Of a stretch of DNA of 64,000 nucleotides, positions 1 through 15,900 are shown piece by piece. Each line of letters opens with the position of its first letter. The first letter of the stretch is position 1. This DNA is from the human T2T-CHM13v2.0 reference genome, Homo sapiens: assembly GCF_009914755.1 (NCBI RefSeq), contig NC_060944.1; one strand, written 5' to 3'. The translations under genes and the position numbers were made by a program. The notes beneath the pieces were generated by a model. The model was not told the origin of the DNA and ran no database searches. It was given only the letters and a program-made list of their open reading frames with translations.

Positions 1-82
1 TCATAGAACTATTTTGATTACAAGTGCAAAGTAATTTTAATGTTGGTTATAGATTTACTTTCTTATTCCCCTAATAAGAGTA

Positions 83-202
83 AAAAATCATGGTTAGATG
101 CTACGAAGTAGGTGGCAATGCCTTAACCTTATGCATGTTATCAGGCCCAAGGGCCCCTTCCATCCTTGTCAAGGGCTAACCTTTTCTCCTTTCATACAGC
201 AT
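83..202 (-). pseudogene. RNU6ATAC34P: U6atac minor-spliceosome snRNA retro-pseudogene
   Basis: The reverse complement reads ATGCTGTATGAAAGGAGAAAAGGTTAGC-----CCTTGACAAGGATGGAAGGGGCCCTTGGGCCTGATAACATGCATAAGGTTAAGGCATTGCCACCTACTTCGTAGCATCTAACCATGATTTTT. It is collinear end to end with U6atac, with a 5-nt deletion after the AGC triad and several CpG-type transitions. The locus number is from memory of the DTD1 region and is less certain than the family call. Confidence 0.92.
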
Positions 203-791
203 ATACAGACAGTTTTAATCAAAATTTATTTCCAAATGTTTTGAACTTCCAGAAGTCCTACAATTATATCAACAGTGTGTCACATTTTCTTTTGGCCTTG
301 TCTCTTTTACAGCCTCCAATGAAACAAAATTCATAGAGCATGCGTTACACACTTGCTGTCTTTTGCTTAATTTTGAGAATTTGGCTTCCAGCTCCAGTAT
401 GAAAAGGCTCTGTGAGCCCAAGGGATGTTGGAATGCAGATGAAATGCTAAATACATTTTCTTTATTTTAGGATTTTTAAGACCACTTCAGCAACTTTAAA
501 ACGTAAAGTTTAATTAGATTTAACATTTTTTCACTCCCTTCTCCTTTCCTAAGTGAAATTTTATTTTACATTTATATTTGATTTGTTTCTCTTATTTGTT
601 GTTAGTGACAGAGAGAAGATCGTTGTCCCCTTTGTTCCTTCTCTGTGTTCCTCACATCCCTGCCAGCACCCATGCGGTTAGGGACATTTCCTCATCTGCC
701 GCAGCTCTTCCCACATGGTCCCTGCTGTGATGCATGTGCCCACAGCAGGCCGGCTCTCTTGGTTCCTGTTGTTTTATGGCCCGCTTGGTAA

Positions 792-1369
<578 letters not shown>

Positions 1370-1399
1370 CACACATGTTTATTATTATTGTTAGTTAAT

Positions 1400-1625
1400 A
1401 ACATGCCAAAATACCTCTGTTGAGGGCTTGTTATATTCCAGGCCCTGTGCAAAGCAAGCACTCTTTCATTCTTTATCTCGTTGAATACTCACAACAATTC
1501 TAAGAGGTGAGTATGAGGATTACTGCCATTCTGTAGGTGAGGTGCAGCACGGTAACCTATGGAAGGTCACTCAGCACGTAAGTGGCAGAGCCTGGAATCG
1601 AACCAGCAGCTGTCTCTAGAACCTG
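1400..1625 (-). mobile_element. MIR
   Basis: ctcacaacaattctaagaggt...aaggtcactcagcacgtaagtggcagagcctggaatcgaacc matches the antisense MIR core. Confidence 0.7.
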
Positions 1626-1626
1626 A

Positions 1627-1994
<368 letters not shown>

Positions 1995-2227
1995 CTTTTC
2001 TGTTATTTTTCTGTATTTATTGAGTCTACTGGGACTTTCCTGCCTTCTCTGTCATGATCAAGGAAATCAGCGGAGGGGTTTTTGGGCCTCATTTGGGCCT
2101 AGGAAGGGGAGCAGTGTGCCCTGAGGCCAGAGTGTCCTTCCTTTCTGAGCAGGATGTTCATCCAGGATTTTAGTCCTGTTTCTGCTGGGGGAGATGTTAT
2201 TGGTTCCATTCAAGTCAGTTTTGTAAC

Positions 2228-2345
2228 TTATCCATCAATAAGACACTTTATCTGTCAGCCCTTGTGCTAGGCTCTGGGTATACAGTGCCGAGTAAGAGTG
2301 ATGCAGTTCCTGCCCTAAAGGAGCTCACGGTCTAGAGAAGAGAGA
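2228..2345 (-). mobile_element. L2 3' fragment
   Basis: tgtgctaggctctgggtatacagtg...cctgccctaaaggagctcacggtctag is a typical antisense L2 3' end. Confidence 0.6.
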
Positions 2346-3027
2346 TACTAAACTAGTGTGGCTGTTTCTGCCACAGCGTGGTAACATTCCTCAGAAACCT
2401 CCTGCTCTGCGAAACTGTTGCTAAAACTCTCAGGGCTTATGGGAAAAATGGAGTTAATAGCAGAACACCAAAGTCCTGTGGCTGGGTTGGAAGGCAGTAG
2501 GCACTTGTTTTTTATTTTCATAAGATACTTTTAGGGGCTTCTGCTGCCAGTGCTTAGGGCTTTTCTGCTGAAGGCTGTCATTTTATTCCCACTAGTCTGG
2601 CTCTCCTTGTCTGAGAAAACCCACCTCTGCTGAGATACAGCCTCTGTGGTATATGCACTTTCATTTACCAGTTGTATATGAGCGATTCTCCTTTCAGAAA
2701 CAAGTGTCATCAGAACCTTCTGAGGTGACTGGTGTGATGCATGCTTTGAGGGAGTGTTAGGGATGAATAACAGGTTTAGTTGCTAAGGTGGTGGCTGCAC
2801 ATGTGCTTGGGCATGATTTTGTCTGAGCTGTGTTTAGGTCATTTGTTGATTCTTCTTGACTCATCAAACCAATACCCATGCAGAGTGTTGTTGATCTTTA
2901 TGCTTGTATGTGGGTATGTACTGTTGCCCCTCGTTGAATATTGACTGGCCACTAGGGTGCATGCTATTTAAATTGGAAACACCCCCACTGTTTTTCTTTT
3001 ATATTTTACATAAAGTGTAAAAGATTG

Positions 3028-3140
3028 GAGACAGTTTCGCCATGTTGCCCAGGCTGGTCTCAAACTCCTGGGCTCAAGTGGTCTGCCCGCCTTGGCCTCC
3101 CAAAGTGCTGGGATACAGGTGTGAGCCACTGCACCCAGCC
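3028..3140 (-). mobile_element. Alu left monomer (FLAM/AluJ fragment)
   Basis: gagacagtttcgccatgttgcccaggctggtc...gtgagccactgcacccagcc. Confidence 0.8.
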
Positions 3141-3824
3141 TATTTTTCTTTTAAAAACTCTCTGAGCCTCTTCTTCTATTGTAATGACCTGGGGCACTGG
3201 ACAGACCAGCCTCAGAGCAGAGATCAGGTTTTCCCAGCATGCTCCTGCTCAAGCACTGAGCATCCCACATCCCTAGAAACCCCTAAGTCCTGGGCAAACT
3301 AGGATGGCTGGCCACCCTAAGAAGCAGCCCTGTGGCAGTGCAGTTCTCGGGAAAACTTGGGCCAGGTGATATCCTGAATGCATTGTGTAAAAATGCACTC
3401 CTCTTTGCATAGGAGACAAGGTAGGGCTAGGATGAACATCGGGGCAGGAGGATTAGCTGTCTGCTTCGGCTGGAGAAATGACAGAGTTCACGGCCAGGTC
3501 CCCAGTAAAGCCGCTGGAGTATCCAGCTCTAGGCAGGTGTGTGACTGGCCTGAGCAGGTTCAAGAGGTTCAGGGACAGACTTGGATGGAGGAGTGGAAGA
3601 GAGACCACATTGCTGAAAAACACTGTTGGCAATCTGGCAACTTGGTCATCTGGTGCACTGGCTGACTTCTATGTTTGTTAGCGGCAAAGACAGCCGGGAG
3701 AGAGATTTAAGCTGAGATGAGAAGGATGAGAGAAGCTGCAGGCTGTAGTATCAGGAAGGGTTTTTTGTGTGGGCCCATTTAGAGGCACTTCCTGTGTCCC
3801 AGCAAGCTCCCTAGGCTTGCACAC

Positions 3825-3995
3825 ATTTTCCCTTCTCCCTCCCTCTCTCCCTTCCTCCTTCCCTTCCTCCTGCTCACTCTTTCTTCCACTCTCCTTCAAT
3901 CCCTTCCTTCCTTCCTTTCTTCCTTCTAAAACGGCCGCAGTGTACCCTCTTCCCCTTTCTGCTCTCCTCCCCCTACTCCTCCCAACTTCTCATCC
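3825..3995. repeat. CT-rich polypyrimidine low-complexity tract
   Basis: Degenerate (CCTT)n/(CT)n; almost no purines on the + strand. Confidence 0.8.
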
Positions 3996-4029
3996 TTGGC
4001 CTCCCCACGTTGCTGGGCTCCTCCCAACC

Positions 4030-4290
4030 TGGTGGTCTCAGGGCAGTTGGCTTCATAACATGGTGCTGGCTTCCTCCACAGTGAGCATTGCAAGAGCAGG
4101 CATTCCAAGATGGGAATAGATGTGCTGATCCCTTCAGACCAGGCCTGGAAAGTGGCACAGCCTCACTTCTGTCATATAATGTTGGTCAAAGCAGTCTCAC
4201 AGCCTACCCCGATTCAAGGGGAGGAGATACAGTCCCACGCTGTAATGACAGGAGTGTCAAAGAGTTTGAAGCCATCTCTAGTCTTCCACA
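4030..4290 (-). mobile_element. MLT1 (MaLR) LTR fragment
   Basis: gaaagtggcacagcctcacttctgtcatataatgttggtcaaagcagtc...gattcaaggggagg resembles an antisense MLT1 LTR. Confidence 0.6.
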
Positions 4291-5542
4291 GCTCATAACC
4301 CTGCTGCTCTCAAAGGGTGGAACTTTCCTCATTTCATGGCTGTTTCTCGAATCATTGCTTTAGGGGAAAAACTAGTGAATAGTCCTGTCATATTTTCCCC
4401 TCTACTGAGAATGAGCTAAACGTTGAGGGTGCATTATTGGGTCCCCAGACTGAGTAGGCACAGGAAACTGGGTCACTTGTATCCTCAACAGCCCTTCAGG
4501 GATCTCCAGCCTTCACATGAATGCTGAAGGCCCCATTTGGCAGGAGGCATTGAACGCTGTCCAAGTTGAGTGTTAAGCATGTATTGCTTTTATAGTTAGA
4601 AAAAAAACAAGTTATACCAAAATGGAATAGTGGAGAAGGGCAACCTTTGCTCTCAAGCTTCTAGTTCCAGCTCTGAGGCATTTGTAATGGGCTCAGGGAA
4701 ACATTCACTAGTCAGCTTTGTTCAGCAAATCAGAAGCTGCTACAGTATTCAAAAGGATTACCTGTATATTCTCTGCTGGGTCTGATTTGTTGTGGGCATC
4801 TAAGAGCTAGAGAAATGTGGACAGACACGTCAGGAGGGCAGCAGTTTATGACCGCTTCTGCTCTGTGTACTCCATGGGACGTCCATGATGCCCGTGCCTC
4901 TCCCGCTTCATAATGCAAAGAGAAAGTGCCAGGAGCTGGAAGACCACGTCTAAGTTTTTGTTTTGTGCTTAGTACTTGATTTCTGTGGATTTGTTTAATT
5001 TTCTACTCTGTTTACTATTTAAAGCATTTTAACAGCATGAGTGAACTTTCAGTGGAAGCCTGTTCTATATACTTTGGCAAAGACTGTGATGCCAAAGGCA
5101 TTATTTTTCTTGTAAATTTAGGAAATTATAATGTGGGATCGTGTCTTCATTGTTAATGAATGGCAGGGTTGGCAAACTGTGGTACAGGCTGTTGCTCTTG
5201 TGTAAAAGTTTGACACAGATGTCCAACTGATTTTGGCCAAATACATTTATATTTTCTCTCATTCTTTCCTTTTCTTTCATTCTCTTCATTAATTTGCTTA
5301 CTGACTTCATTATTTATTCCTGCATGTCTCTTTTTTGGTCTTACATGTAAATCATCTTCACAGCTACAATGTAGCATCCCTCTTCCCAAATGGCAAACTA
5401 TATCTACTTTCGTTATTAAACCCTGTCTTTTCATGATTTCATTGATTTGCTTAGTTGATTGTCTATTGTGAACAGCAACCTGATCTTGCCAGTTCTCCCT
5501 TCCCCTACCTAAAATAACCATGGCCACCCTAAAAGCAATGTC

Positions 5543-5850
5543 AGCCACCACAGTGGCTCACACCTATAATCCCAGCACTTTGGGAGGTCGAAGCAGGAGA
5601 ATCACTTCAGCCCAGGAGTTCTAGACCAGCCTGGGCAACATAGCAAGACCCCATCTCTAAAAAGAAAAGAAAAAAAGAAAAAAAAAGAAAAAATTAGCTG
5701 AGTGTGATGGTGCACGCCTATAGTCCCAGCTAATTGAGAGGCTGAGGCAGGAGGATTGCTTGGGCCCAGGAGTTCAAGGCAGCAGCAAGCTATGATCACA
5801 CCACTGCACTCTAGCCCGGGTGATAGAGTAAGACCCTGTCTCTAAAAAAT
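5543..5850 (+). mobile_element. AluJ
   Basis: cagtggctcacacctataatcccagc...gcccaggagttcaaggcagcagcaagctatgatc; expanded mid A-rich linker. Confidence 0.85.
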
Positions 5851-6349
5851 TTTTTTAAAAAAGCAGTGTCAGTGGTATGGTGGGGTTTTGCACTCCTGCA
5901 CTAATGGCAGCATGCCTTATGCACAGTGGGTGCTTTGTGATTTTGTGCAATGAATGCCTCTGGGTCTCAGGAGATGAGGACTGGTCCATTTTGGTGGCTT
6001 TGCCATCCTTTCTATTCTTTCCATTCTCTCTGGGCTCTTTCCCCCTCCTGTCCTTATTCTCCTTCCTCACTTTTATCTCATTTCCTGAATTTCCTCCGCA
6101 CTTCTGGCCATGAATTGCAGGATCAGCTCTTTCTCCTTAGCCGAGAGTCTATGATACAATTCAATTGGAAGAAATAAAGATAATTTTTAAAAGAAGATAC
6201 AGGCATAGGTAGAAAGAAACTTCTGTTCAGTGTTGTTACAATCCAAGTAAGTAAGGTGACTTGGGATGAAACGAAAAGTCTGAATCATTCAGCAGGAGGA
6301 ATGGGAAGAGTTCAAAACCTTATTGATTCAGGGACTACGAATTCAGAAA

Positions 6350-7370
6350 AAAATTATATATAATATATATAATATTAGATATATAATTTTTAATAATGTG
6401 TATATATAATATAATGTATATACATATACACACACATATATATTTGTGACCATATATATGAGGGTTTACTTCTGGACTCACAGTTCTAGTTCATTGTTCT
6501 ATGTTTCTGTACTTACACAGTACCATACTGTTTTGATTACTGTAACTTTGTAGTAAGTTTTGAAATTGGGAGGTGTGAGTCCTCTAACTTTATTCTTCTA
6601 ATTAATGATTGAATAGGTAGTAGGATGAGGTAGTTCAGACATCAAAATGATATGAAAAGGTCTAAACTGGAAAGGTTTGCTCTCATTCGTGTCTCTGTCC
6701 AGCCTGTTTTTCTTGCTCTCTAGAGGTAATTACTTTTATTATTTTTTTCTATCCATCTATCCATTTGCAAATGTGAGCAAATATGAATTTTAAAAATATT
6801 CCCCTTTCTATACAAAAGGTATGATGTGATGTACTGTTTTATATCTTGGCTTTAAAAAAAAATTCTCAGTGTGTCCTAGAGATTCTTTTCATACCAGTTC
6901 ATAGAGACTTCTTTCTTTTTTTTTCTCTTCTATTCTGAACAAATTAAATCTCTCTTTTTAAACTGCTGTGTACTGTTCTGTGGCAGGACCATAGCCTGGC
7001 TTATTTAATAGATCTTGTATTGTTGGACTCCTGGATTATTTCTAATTTATGTCTCTTAAAAACAACAGTGACATAATGAATACATTTGTACATATGCCAC
7101 TTCATATGCAGTCGGGAGATACCTGTTGGAGAAATTCTCAGAAATGGGATAGACGGTGCCAGATGGCCGTTTGTAGGCACCGCACCTTTCTGCAGTGTGA
7201 GACTACCATATTTCTCCTAGCTCTGTTGGCAGAGTGTATTTTGAACTTCTAGAATTTCACCCATCTGATAGATATCCCATTGTAGTTTTAATGCACAGAG
7301 TGTGGTTGGACATTTTTTCAGATGTTTGACTGACTTATTTCCTTTTCTCTTAACTGTTTATGTGCTTTGT
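6350..7370 (-). mobile_element. (TA)n tract followed by old L1M fragments
   Basis: (TA)-rich at 6353-6460, then cagtaccatactgttttgattactgtaactttgtagtaagttttgaaattggga (antisense L1 ORF2) and degenerate L1ME-like 3' sequence. Confidence 0.6.
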
Positions 7371-7558
7371 CCTTTTTTTGTTTTTGTTTTTTTGTTTTTT
7401 TTTGAGACAGGGTCTGGCTCTTTGTCACCCAGGCTGGACTGTAGTGGCATCATGATCATGGGTCACTGCAGCCTCAACCTCCCAGGCTAAAGCAATCCTC
7501 CCACCTCAGCCTCCTGAGTAGCTGGGGCCACAGGCATGTTCCACCATTCCCAGCTAAT

Positions 7559-7705
7559 ATAGATATAAAAATTATATATATGAACACATCTATAATACAT
7601 ATTAATACATATATAATACAAAAATTATATATACATACATATGTGTGTGTATATATGTATATGTATATATAATTATACACATATATGTGTATATATACAT
7701 AATTT

Positions 7706-7755
<50 letters not shown>

Positions 7756-7756
7756 A
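7559..7756. repeat. Compound (TA)/(TG)/(AC)20 microsatellite
   Basis: AT-rich alternating purine-pyrimidine tract; perfect (AC)20 at 7709-7748. Confidence 0.9.
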
Positions 7757-8297
<541 letters not shown>

Positions 8298-8403
8298 TAA
8301 GGGACTGTTTGCTGGGTAGACAATTTTGATCCCTAAGCAGTAGATTGTCAATTTTTTGAAATGTCTGCTGGCTTTTGAATCAAGTTTTCTATGACTCATA
8401 TGA

Positions 8404-8796
<393 letters not shown>

Positions 8797-9621
8797 TGAA
8801 ATCTTTTATCTGTTTGTAGTTTATCCCATATAAATGTAAAGCATGGATTGAACACTTATCTTTTTCTTCAGGTATTTACTAAATGGCTTCCCAAAACTAT
8901 TTATTTAAAAAGCAACCTTTAGCTTTACTAACTGAGTTTCTGGCTTTATCTTCTAGTAAATTCTTGTATGTATTTATGAACTTTTAAATTTTATTTATTA
9001 TTTTTAGTTTTTAATTTTAATTTTTAAAAACTTCCATTCACTGAAAAAATTTCATTTCTATCTATTCTTTTTGTCTGTCTGTCTTATCTGTATATATGCT
9101 GAAGACACACTGTTTTAGTTATTGAGGATTTTTACTATGCTTTCCTACCAGGTAAGGTGAATTTCTCCCACATTGTCCTTTAGAGTTTTTCCTAGCTCTT
9201 CTTAAATGTTTATTTTTTCATATGAATTTTTAAATCAGCTTATTTACTTCCAGAAAGTAATCATGTTATTTTTACCTGGAGTGTGTTAAAGTTATGAATT
9301 CATTAATCCTCTGGGTCCCCGTATTGGACACATTAAGTTTGGCTGCCTGTTTACATATCCCCTCTTGGGTACCTAAGAGACCCCCAAACTCAATGGGTCT
9401 AACCCTGATCTCTTAATTTCACTTCCTAACCCCAACCTATGCCACTGTGGGCTTACCTATCTCAGTTGGTGGCAACGCCAGCCTTCTAGTGGCTTAGGCA
9501 AAAAACCTCTCAACTGAACCAACTAAATTAATGCTGGATGGAATATATTTCTTTAACTCTTTTGTATTTCATTTTATTCATTTTTATTTTTAAAAATTTT
9601 CCTACAGCTTTCATAGGCTGA

Positions 9622-9931
9622 CTTTCTTTTTTTCTTTTTTTTCTTTTTTTGAGATAGGGTCTCATTCTGTCACCCAGGCTGGAATACAGTGGCATGATCA
9701 TAGCTCACTGTAGCCTTGAGCTCCTGGGCTCAAGCAATCCTCCTGCCTTAGTCTCCAAGTACCTGGGACTATGAGCATGTGCCACCATACTTAATTTAAA
9801 GAAATTTTTTTTAAGAGGTAGAATATTGCTGTGTTGCCCAGGCTGGTCTGGAACTCCTGGGTTCAAGTGATCCTCCTGCCTCTCAGCCTCCCAAATACCT
9901 GGAACTATAGGTGCATACCGCCTTGCCTGGC
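9622..9931 (-). mobile_element. AluJ
   Basis: gagatagggtctcattctgtcacccagg...catgatcatagctcactgtagccttgagctcctgggctcaagc. Confidence 0.85.
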
Positions 9932-9935
9932 TGTT

Positions 9936-10590
9936 AACTTTTTATTTTGAAATAATTTAGGCTTACAGAAAAGTTTGACAAATAATAAGATTCATCCAAC
10001 TTCTATTGATAACATTTTACATAGTACAGTTATCAAAATGAGGAAATTAACACTGATAACATACTATTGACTAAACTACAGACCTTATTTGAATTTTGCC
10101 AGTTGTCCCACTAATATCCTTTTTTCTGGTCCAGGATTCAATCCAGAATTCCAAACCGCATTTAGTTGTTGCAGCTCCTTAGTCTCTCCCAGTATGTGGT
10201 GATTACCTTGTCTTTCCTTGTTTTTCATGACGTTGCCATTTTTGAAGAGTCACTCATTTTGTCAGTTTGTAGAATGTCCCTCATTTTGTGTCCGCCTGAT
10301 GTCTTCTCATGATTAAAGTTAGGCATTTTTGGCAGGAACACTACAAAAGTGATCTTGTACCCTTCTCAGTGCATCGTGTTGGGGCATATGATGTCGACAT
10401 GTCTCATTATTTGCCAGATTTTTCTCTGTCAAGTTACTGTTTTCCACTTTGTAATTGGTCTGTGTTTTGTGTGGAGATAATTTGAGACTATGCAAATATC
10501 CTGTTACTCAGCCTACTCCCACTCACTAATTTTAGCCTCCATCCATGGTCTTTGCCTGTAACAGTTATTACTGAAGTACTTGCTTAATCA
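9936..10590 (-). mobile_element. L1MC-type 3' end
   Basis: tttattttgaaataatttaggcttacagaaaagtt...gaccttatttgaattttgccagttgtcccactaat. Homologous blocks occur at 19220, 45930 and 54850. Confidence 0.65.
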
Positions 10591-10820
10591 ATCCATCTTT
10601 TTTTTGAAGTAAGTTTATTCCATATATATATTTGCATTAGAAGTGTAAAAACAAATTAGGACTTTAATAAAAATCTTATGTATTTTTAAGAATGGTTATA
10701 TTCTTAAATGATCTGTGTATGCTAAAATGGCTGGGTGAATCTCATTATCTTGGTTAGCATTCAATTACTAGATCCAGAACATCTTGGCTAATATATTTAC
10801 TTTTTTAAAAAAATTTTTTT

Positions 10821-11357
<537 letters not shown>

Positions 11358-11845
11358 ATCTTTTTAAATACATTGATTTACTTCCTAGGGGGTGAGGAAG
11401 ATAATTCAGGGTGCCTAAGTTACCTGACTGCAGGAAAAAGAGGTCCCTACATAGTCTTCTTAAAGAAGCAGGTTTCTAGCCAAATTAAGAGTTTCATTTT
11501 TAAACAGGAAGGGAATTTCATTTTCTCCAGGCTTTTTCACTAAGTGTTAACCTGATAAATGCATTTCCTAATCATGAGCCATGCTGATTAAACCTTCCCT
11601 GGCCACTGCATAGTGTTCTTCTAATAAATGCCTGCAAGAAATTTCCCAAGTGTTGTTAGTGTAGAATTTTTGCATCTGTATTCAAAGGAGAAATTTGTCT
11701 ATGCTTTAAAAAAAATTCCTGTCTAATTTTAGTGTAAGGGTGATACTGGCCTTGCAGAATAGACTAGAAAGCTTTACATCTTTTCCCGTGGTCTGGACCA
11801 ATTTAAATCACATAGGCGTTACTGTTTAATAGAACTTGTTAGTGA

Positions 11846-12280
<435 letters not shown>

Positions 12281-12513
12281 AATTTTATAGATTTTTAAAA
12301 TTATTTTGAAAGATCTCTATATCTAGAGTCACATTAATTTTCTCATGTCTTTTGGTTGTATTTTCCTCCTTTTTTTCTTAATCAGCGTTTTTAGTTTTTT
12401 TTGTATTTCATTGTTTTGCTTTAATCTTCTTCACTCTTTTCACTTCATCTTCTTCACTTTAATGAGTGTGTGATTTATTTGGTTTCTTTTCCTGGTTTCT
12501 TATTTCATTCGGG

Positions 12514-12561
12514 TTTAGTCTTATTTTCTAATAATTTGGTTTTAGTCTTATTTTCTAATAA
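12514..12561. repeat. Short tandem duplication (period 27)
   Basis: tttagtcttattttctaataa at 12514-12534 and 12541-12561. Confidence 0.8.
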
Positions 12562-12914
12562 ATGCACTTATGGGATGAAACTTCAGAGTTTGGCATGGCT
12601 CCTCCTCCCCACATCTGCTCTATCAGCAAATCCTGTTTGCCTCACCTGGGACATGTACACGGAAGCTGAGAGCAGAACGCCGCTTCTGCACCCACCCTGG
12701 CGCAGGCCGTCTGCATCTTTCATCTGAATTTTTGTGACAGCCTATTAATGGGCCTCCTGCGTCCAGCTGGGTCTCCTTTCAGGACATACCCAACACAGCA
12801 GCCTGAGTGAGCCACTTCCCCCATGTGTTCTATGGTATTATAATAACATACTTTTAAGTTAGGAAAACTTACAGGGATCACTTTCTCTTACTTCTCAACA
12901 GTACTTACAAGAAG

Positions 12915-12917
<3 letters not shown>

Positions 12918-12966
<49 letters not shown>
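12918..12966. repeat. (TG)24 microsatellite
   Basis: Perfect dinucleotide run. Confidence 0.95.
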
Positions 12967-12970
<4 letters not shown>

Positions 12971-15900
12971 ACAGAAAAAGAGCATGCACAATAGAGGGCA
13001 TGCTACTCCAGGGACTATGGCTCTTGTCATGGGAGTGACAGGAACTGATGGAGGGTGGTTCTGAGCAGAGGCTCACTCTGGCCATGGGGGTGCCCTGTCA
13101 GGGAAGGAAGCCTCACCAACTCAGACCAGTCTACCTTGGAGCCTATGTTAGGCTGCTCCTGCTGTCTTTTGTCCTTGGAGGCTCTGAACTGGGTCAGAAC
13201 CCTGCCATGAAGCCCTTCCAAGGCCACTGTGCTCCCAAGGTGAAGACTTATTCCCTAGGCTGTTTCCCAAGCCGTGTCCAGCCACAATGCCCAGCCCAGC
13301 ACACCAGAGCTCCTGCAGTGAGGTTAAGTGACAATATACTGCAATAGTAAAATACATAAGAAACTCATAATAAAGTGCCAGCAACATGGAAATGCACTGG
13401 ATTTGAATGCAGACCCTATCCCATTATCACAGTCCCAGGGAGAAATTACAGGCCAAGATTAATTCTGTAACATAATCAAATCCAAAAGCTTTGAAGACCG
13501 AAGGAAGTAAGATATGAAATCATATCCCAAGACATCATGAGCTCAGAAGCCACCTCCCCTGCTGTTCTTTGTGGAAGGGTGGCCATGCTCGATTGAGTCT
13601 GGGTTCATGCAGCAGCCTTGTCCAAGCTGTGTCTGAGATGTGTCATACAGGTGTCCTTGTAGGTCCTTTGGGGGGACTCAAACACTGCATCATCCCCACA
13701 CAGGCTTCCTTGAGCCTCAGTTAGACAACCATATAGCCTTCAACCCTACAGAGTTATCCCAGGCAGAGTGATGTCAAGGACCCCAGCAGGGCCCAGAGAT
13801 GTCTGAGCAAAGTTTGATAATCAGGGAGCTCCTTGCCTTGGATCTCCTGTTATGCAAGAAGGCTACCTTAATTGCCTTGAATTTATGACCTCAGGATGTA
13901 GGCATAGTTGGGAATTTAACTTCCCAGCTAAAGGTAAACTTTGGTCCTAGACATTTACCGTCGTAATGTTTGTTTCTTCTCATGGCTTTGACACTCTTTA
14001 GTTTGGAATTGAGGGTGGCCCTGTTAGTGAAAGGTGCCCTCACTTTTCCATAGTTAGGTATTTTGGGTCCTCCAATCCTTCTTGCTACAAAGTTCCAGGC
14101 TTGAGACACTTGTTTCCAAGAAATGAATCTGTTGTAGACACCACCCTCAGATGTAGATACCACCTCTGCGCTGTTGCAGAGCCAAGTGGAGAACCCTGAT
14201 AAGGGGAGCCCAAAGCCTGGGAAGAAGCCACAAGAGCCCCAGGTCTGCCTTTCCACTTCCCTCCATGGCCCTGAGTGTGGCATGCAGTCAGACCTAGGCC
14301 TAGCCCTCAAACTGTGAGAAAATCAGCTGCCAGGGCCTGAAGGGCCTGTAATACACCCATTTGCTGACAAAACAGATATTTTCACCACCAAGTCACTTAG
14401 GACTTGTCATTCCTAGAGCTACTGGTCTCTGCCTAAGGCCCCAGAGCCCTTGCCTCAGCTTTCCAGGCACCTTTGAGCCAGGCGTCTGCTGCTGTGTTGT
14501 CCCAGTGGTGGTTCACTGGCACTGGCCCAGCCTCTGGGGCACTGGGGATGCCAAGGAACACTCCTGTCTCTGTAGAAGCAGCCCTGTACTTGAGGTCAGA
14601 ACCACCATGGATGCTAGCGGCTTCCAGAGTCATACTCCCAAAGGCTCTAGGCACAATCCTGCGCATCCAGATCAAACTCCTCTAGCAGGCAGTGGCTCCA
14701 GCCTGGCCCCAGGCTTATTTTGAACCCCTCAATGCCACTGATTTGCTTAATTTCTTGAGGTCCCAGCCTGTAACCCACTGTTGGGGTTTCCATCAGTAAC
14801 AGCCTCCTGCCTGCTCAGGTTCTGAACAGATTGAAAGTAGAATGAAGAGGAAGCCTGTGGGGTGAGAATGCCTCCTTGGTGGCAGATAACTGCCTTTAGG
14901 GGATGTGCTTAGATGGGCTGACCTGAGGCTTACTGTCTAGTGCCCATGTCCCATACTGGTCCCCAAAGGTTGGCTGAGGTCCAGCCCATTCATGGCCACA
15001 CAGGGCCAGCTCTGGAGAGCAGCGAATGTGGGCTTGCTCCCAGCCAGGCCAAGAAGCATTGGTACACGCCTTTTGTTCTCCCCATTTTTCTTTCAGAGTA
15101 TACTTTTTTGGCATAATATTTTTCTGTCCCATCCCTGCAATTTGCGCATATACTACCATGGACAGTGGTAGGCATGACAATAGTAATAATAGTGACTATG
15201 ATTTCCTGTACACTCACTGTGCTGGGCTGTGTACTAACCTATGTGCACCTTTGTAACCATCCCAGGACAACTGTCCTGTTGCACCAGAACAAACTGGGGC
15301 CCGGAGAGGTGGTGTGAGCCTTCTTGGCTGGTGGCTAAAGTCAGTGAAGCATTGTCCAGAGGGGCATGGACACCAGTTTTTGTAGCTACACAGAGAATCT
15401 GCAGGGAGGCACTCTGGTTTACAGCTGTTAGGGCCTTGAAAAGTTCTGCTGGAGATGAGTTCATGGGTGGTTAGTCTCCAGCTGAGAGCTTTCCTGCTTT
15501 AAACATGCAGCATAAGTGTGTCTAACATGTGCTTAACCTGCAGCTCTGGGTAGAAAGAAAGCTGGGACTTAATATTTAAGAACAACTTGATTATATCACC
15601 ATAGGAGCCCAGATGTCATTTTATAGATATGCTTTTGTGTGTGTGTGTGTTTTTTTTAAAATGTGTTTATTTTCTCTGGTTAGTATAATTCTTTTTGGGC
15701 GCTTTACCCTTTGATCTGGACTGGAAAAAAATGTTACCATTTTAAGATCTCTTAAAACATGTCTTTGGATTTATCATCTGTACGGATGGAAATTCACATA
15801 ATAGTTCTATTCTTAACTGAAGAAAAACAGGAAAAGAAAATAAATTTCTCACTACTTGGAATGATAAACAAGGTGAAGCATATGCTGTATATCCTGGCAA

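Noticed and set aside
13891-14723. 139-aa and 120-aa ORFs in unique sequence
   Set aside because: Non-ATG starts, no recognisable protein similarity, and lengths within chance expectation.
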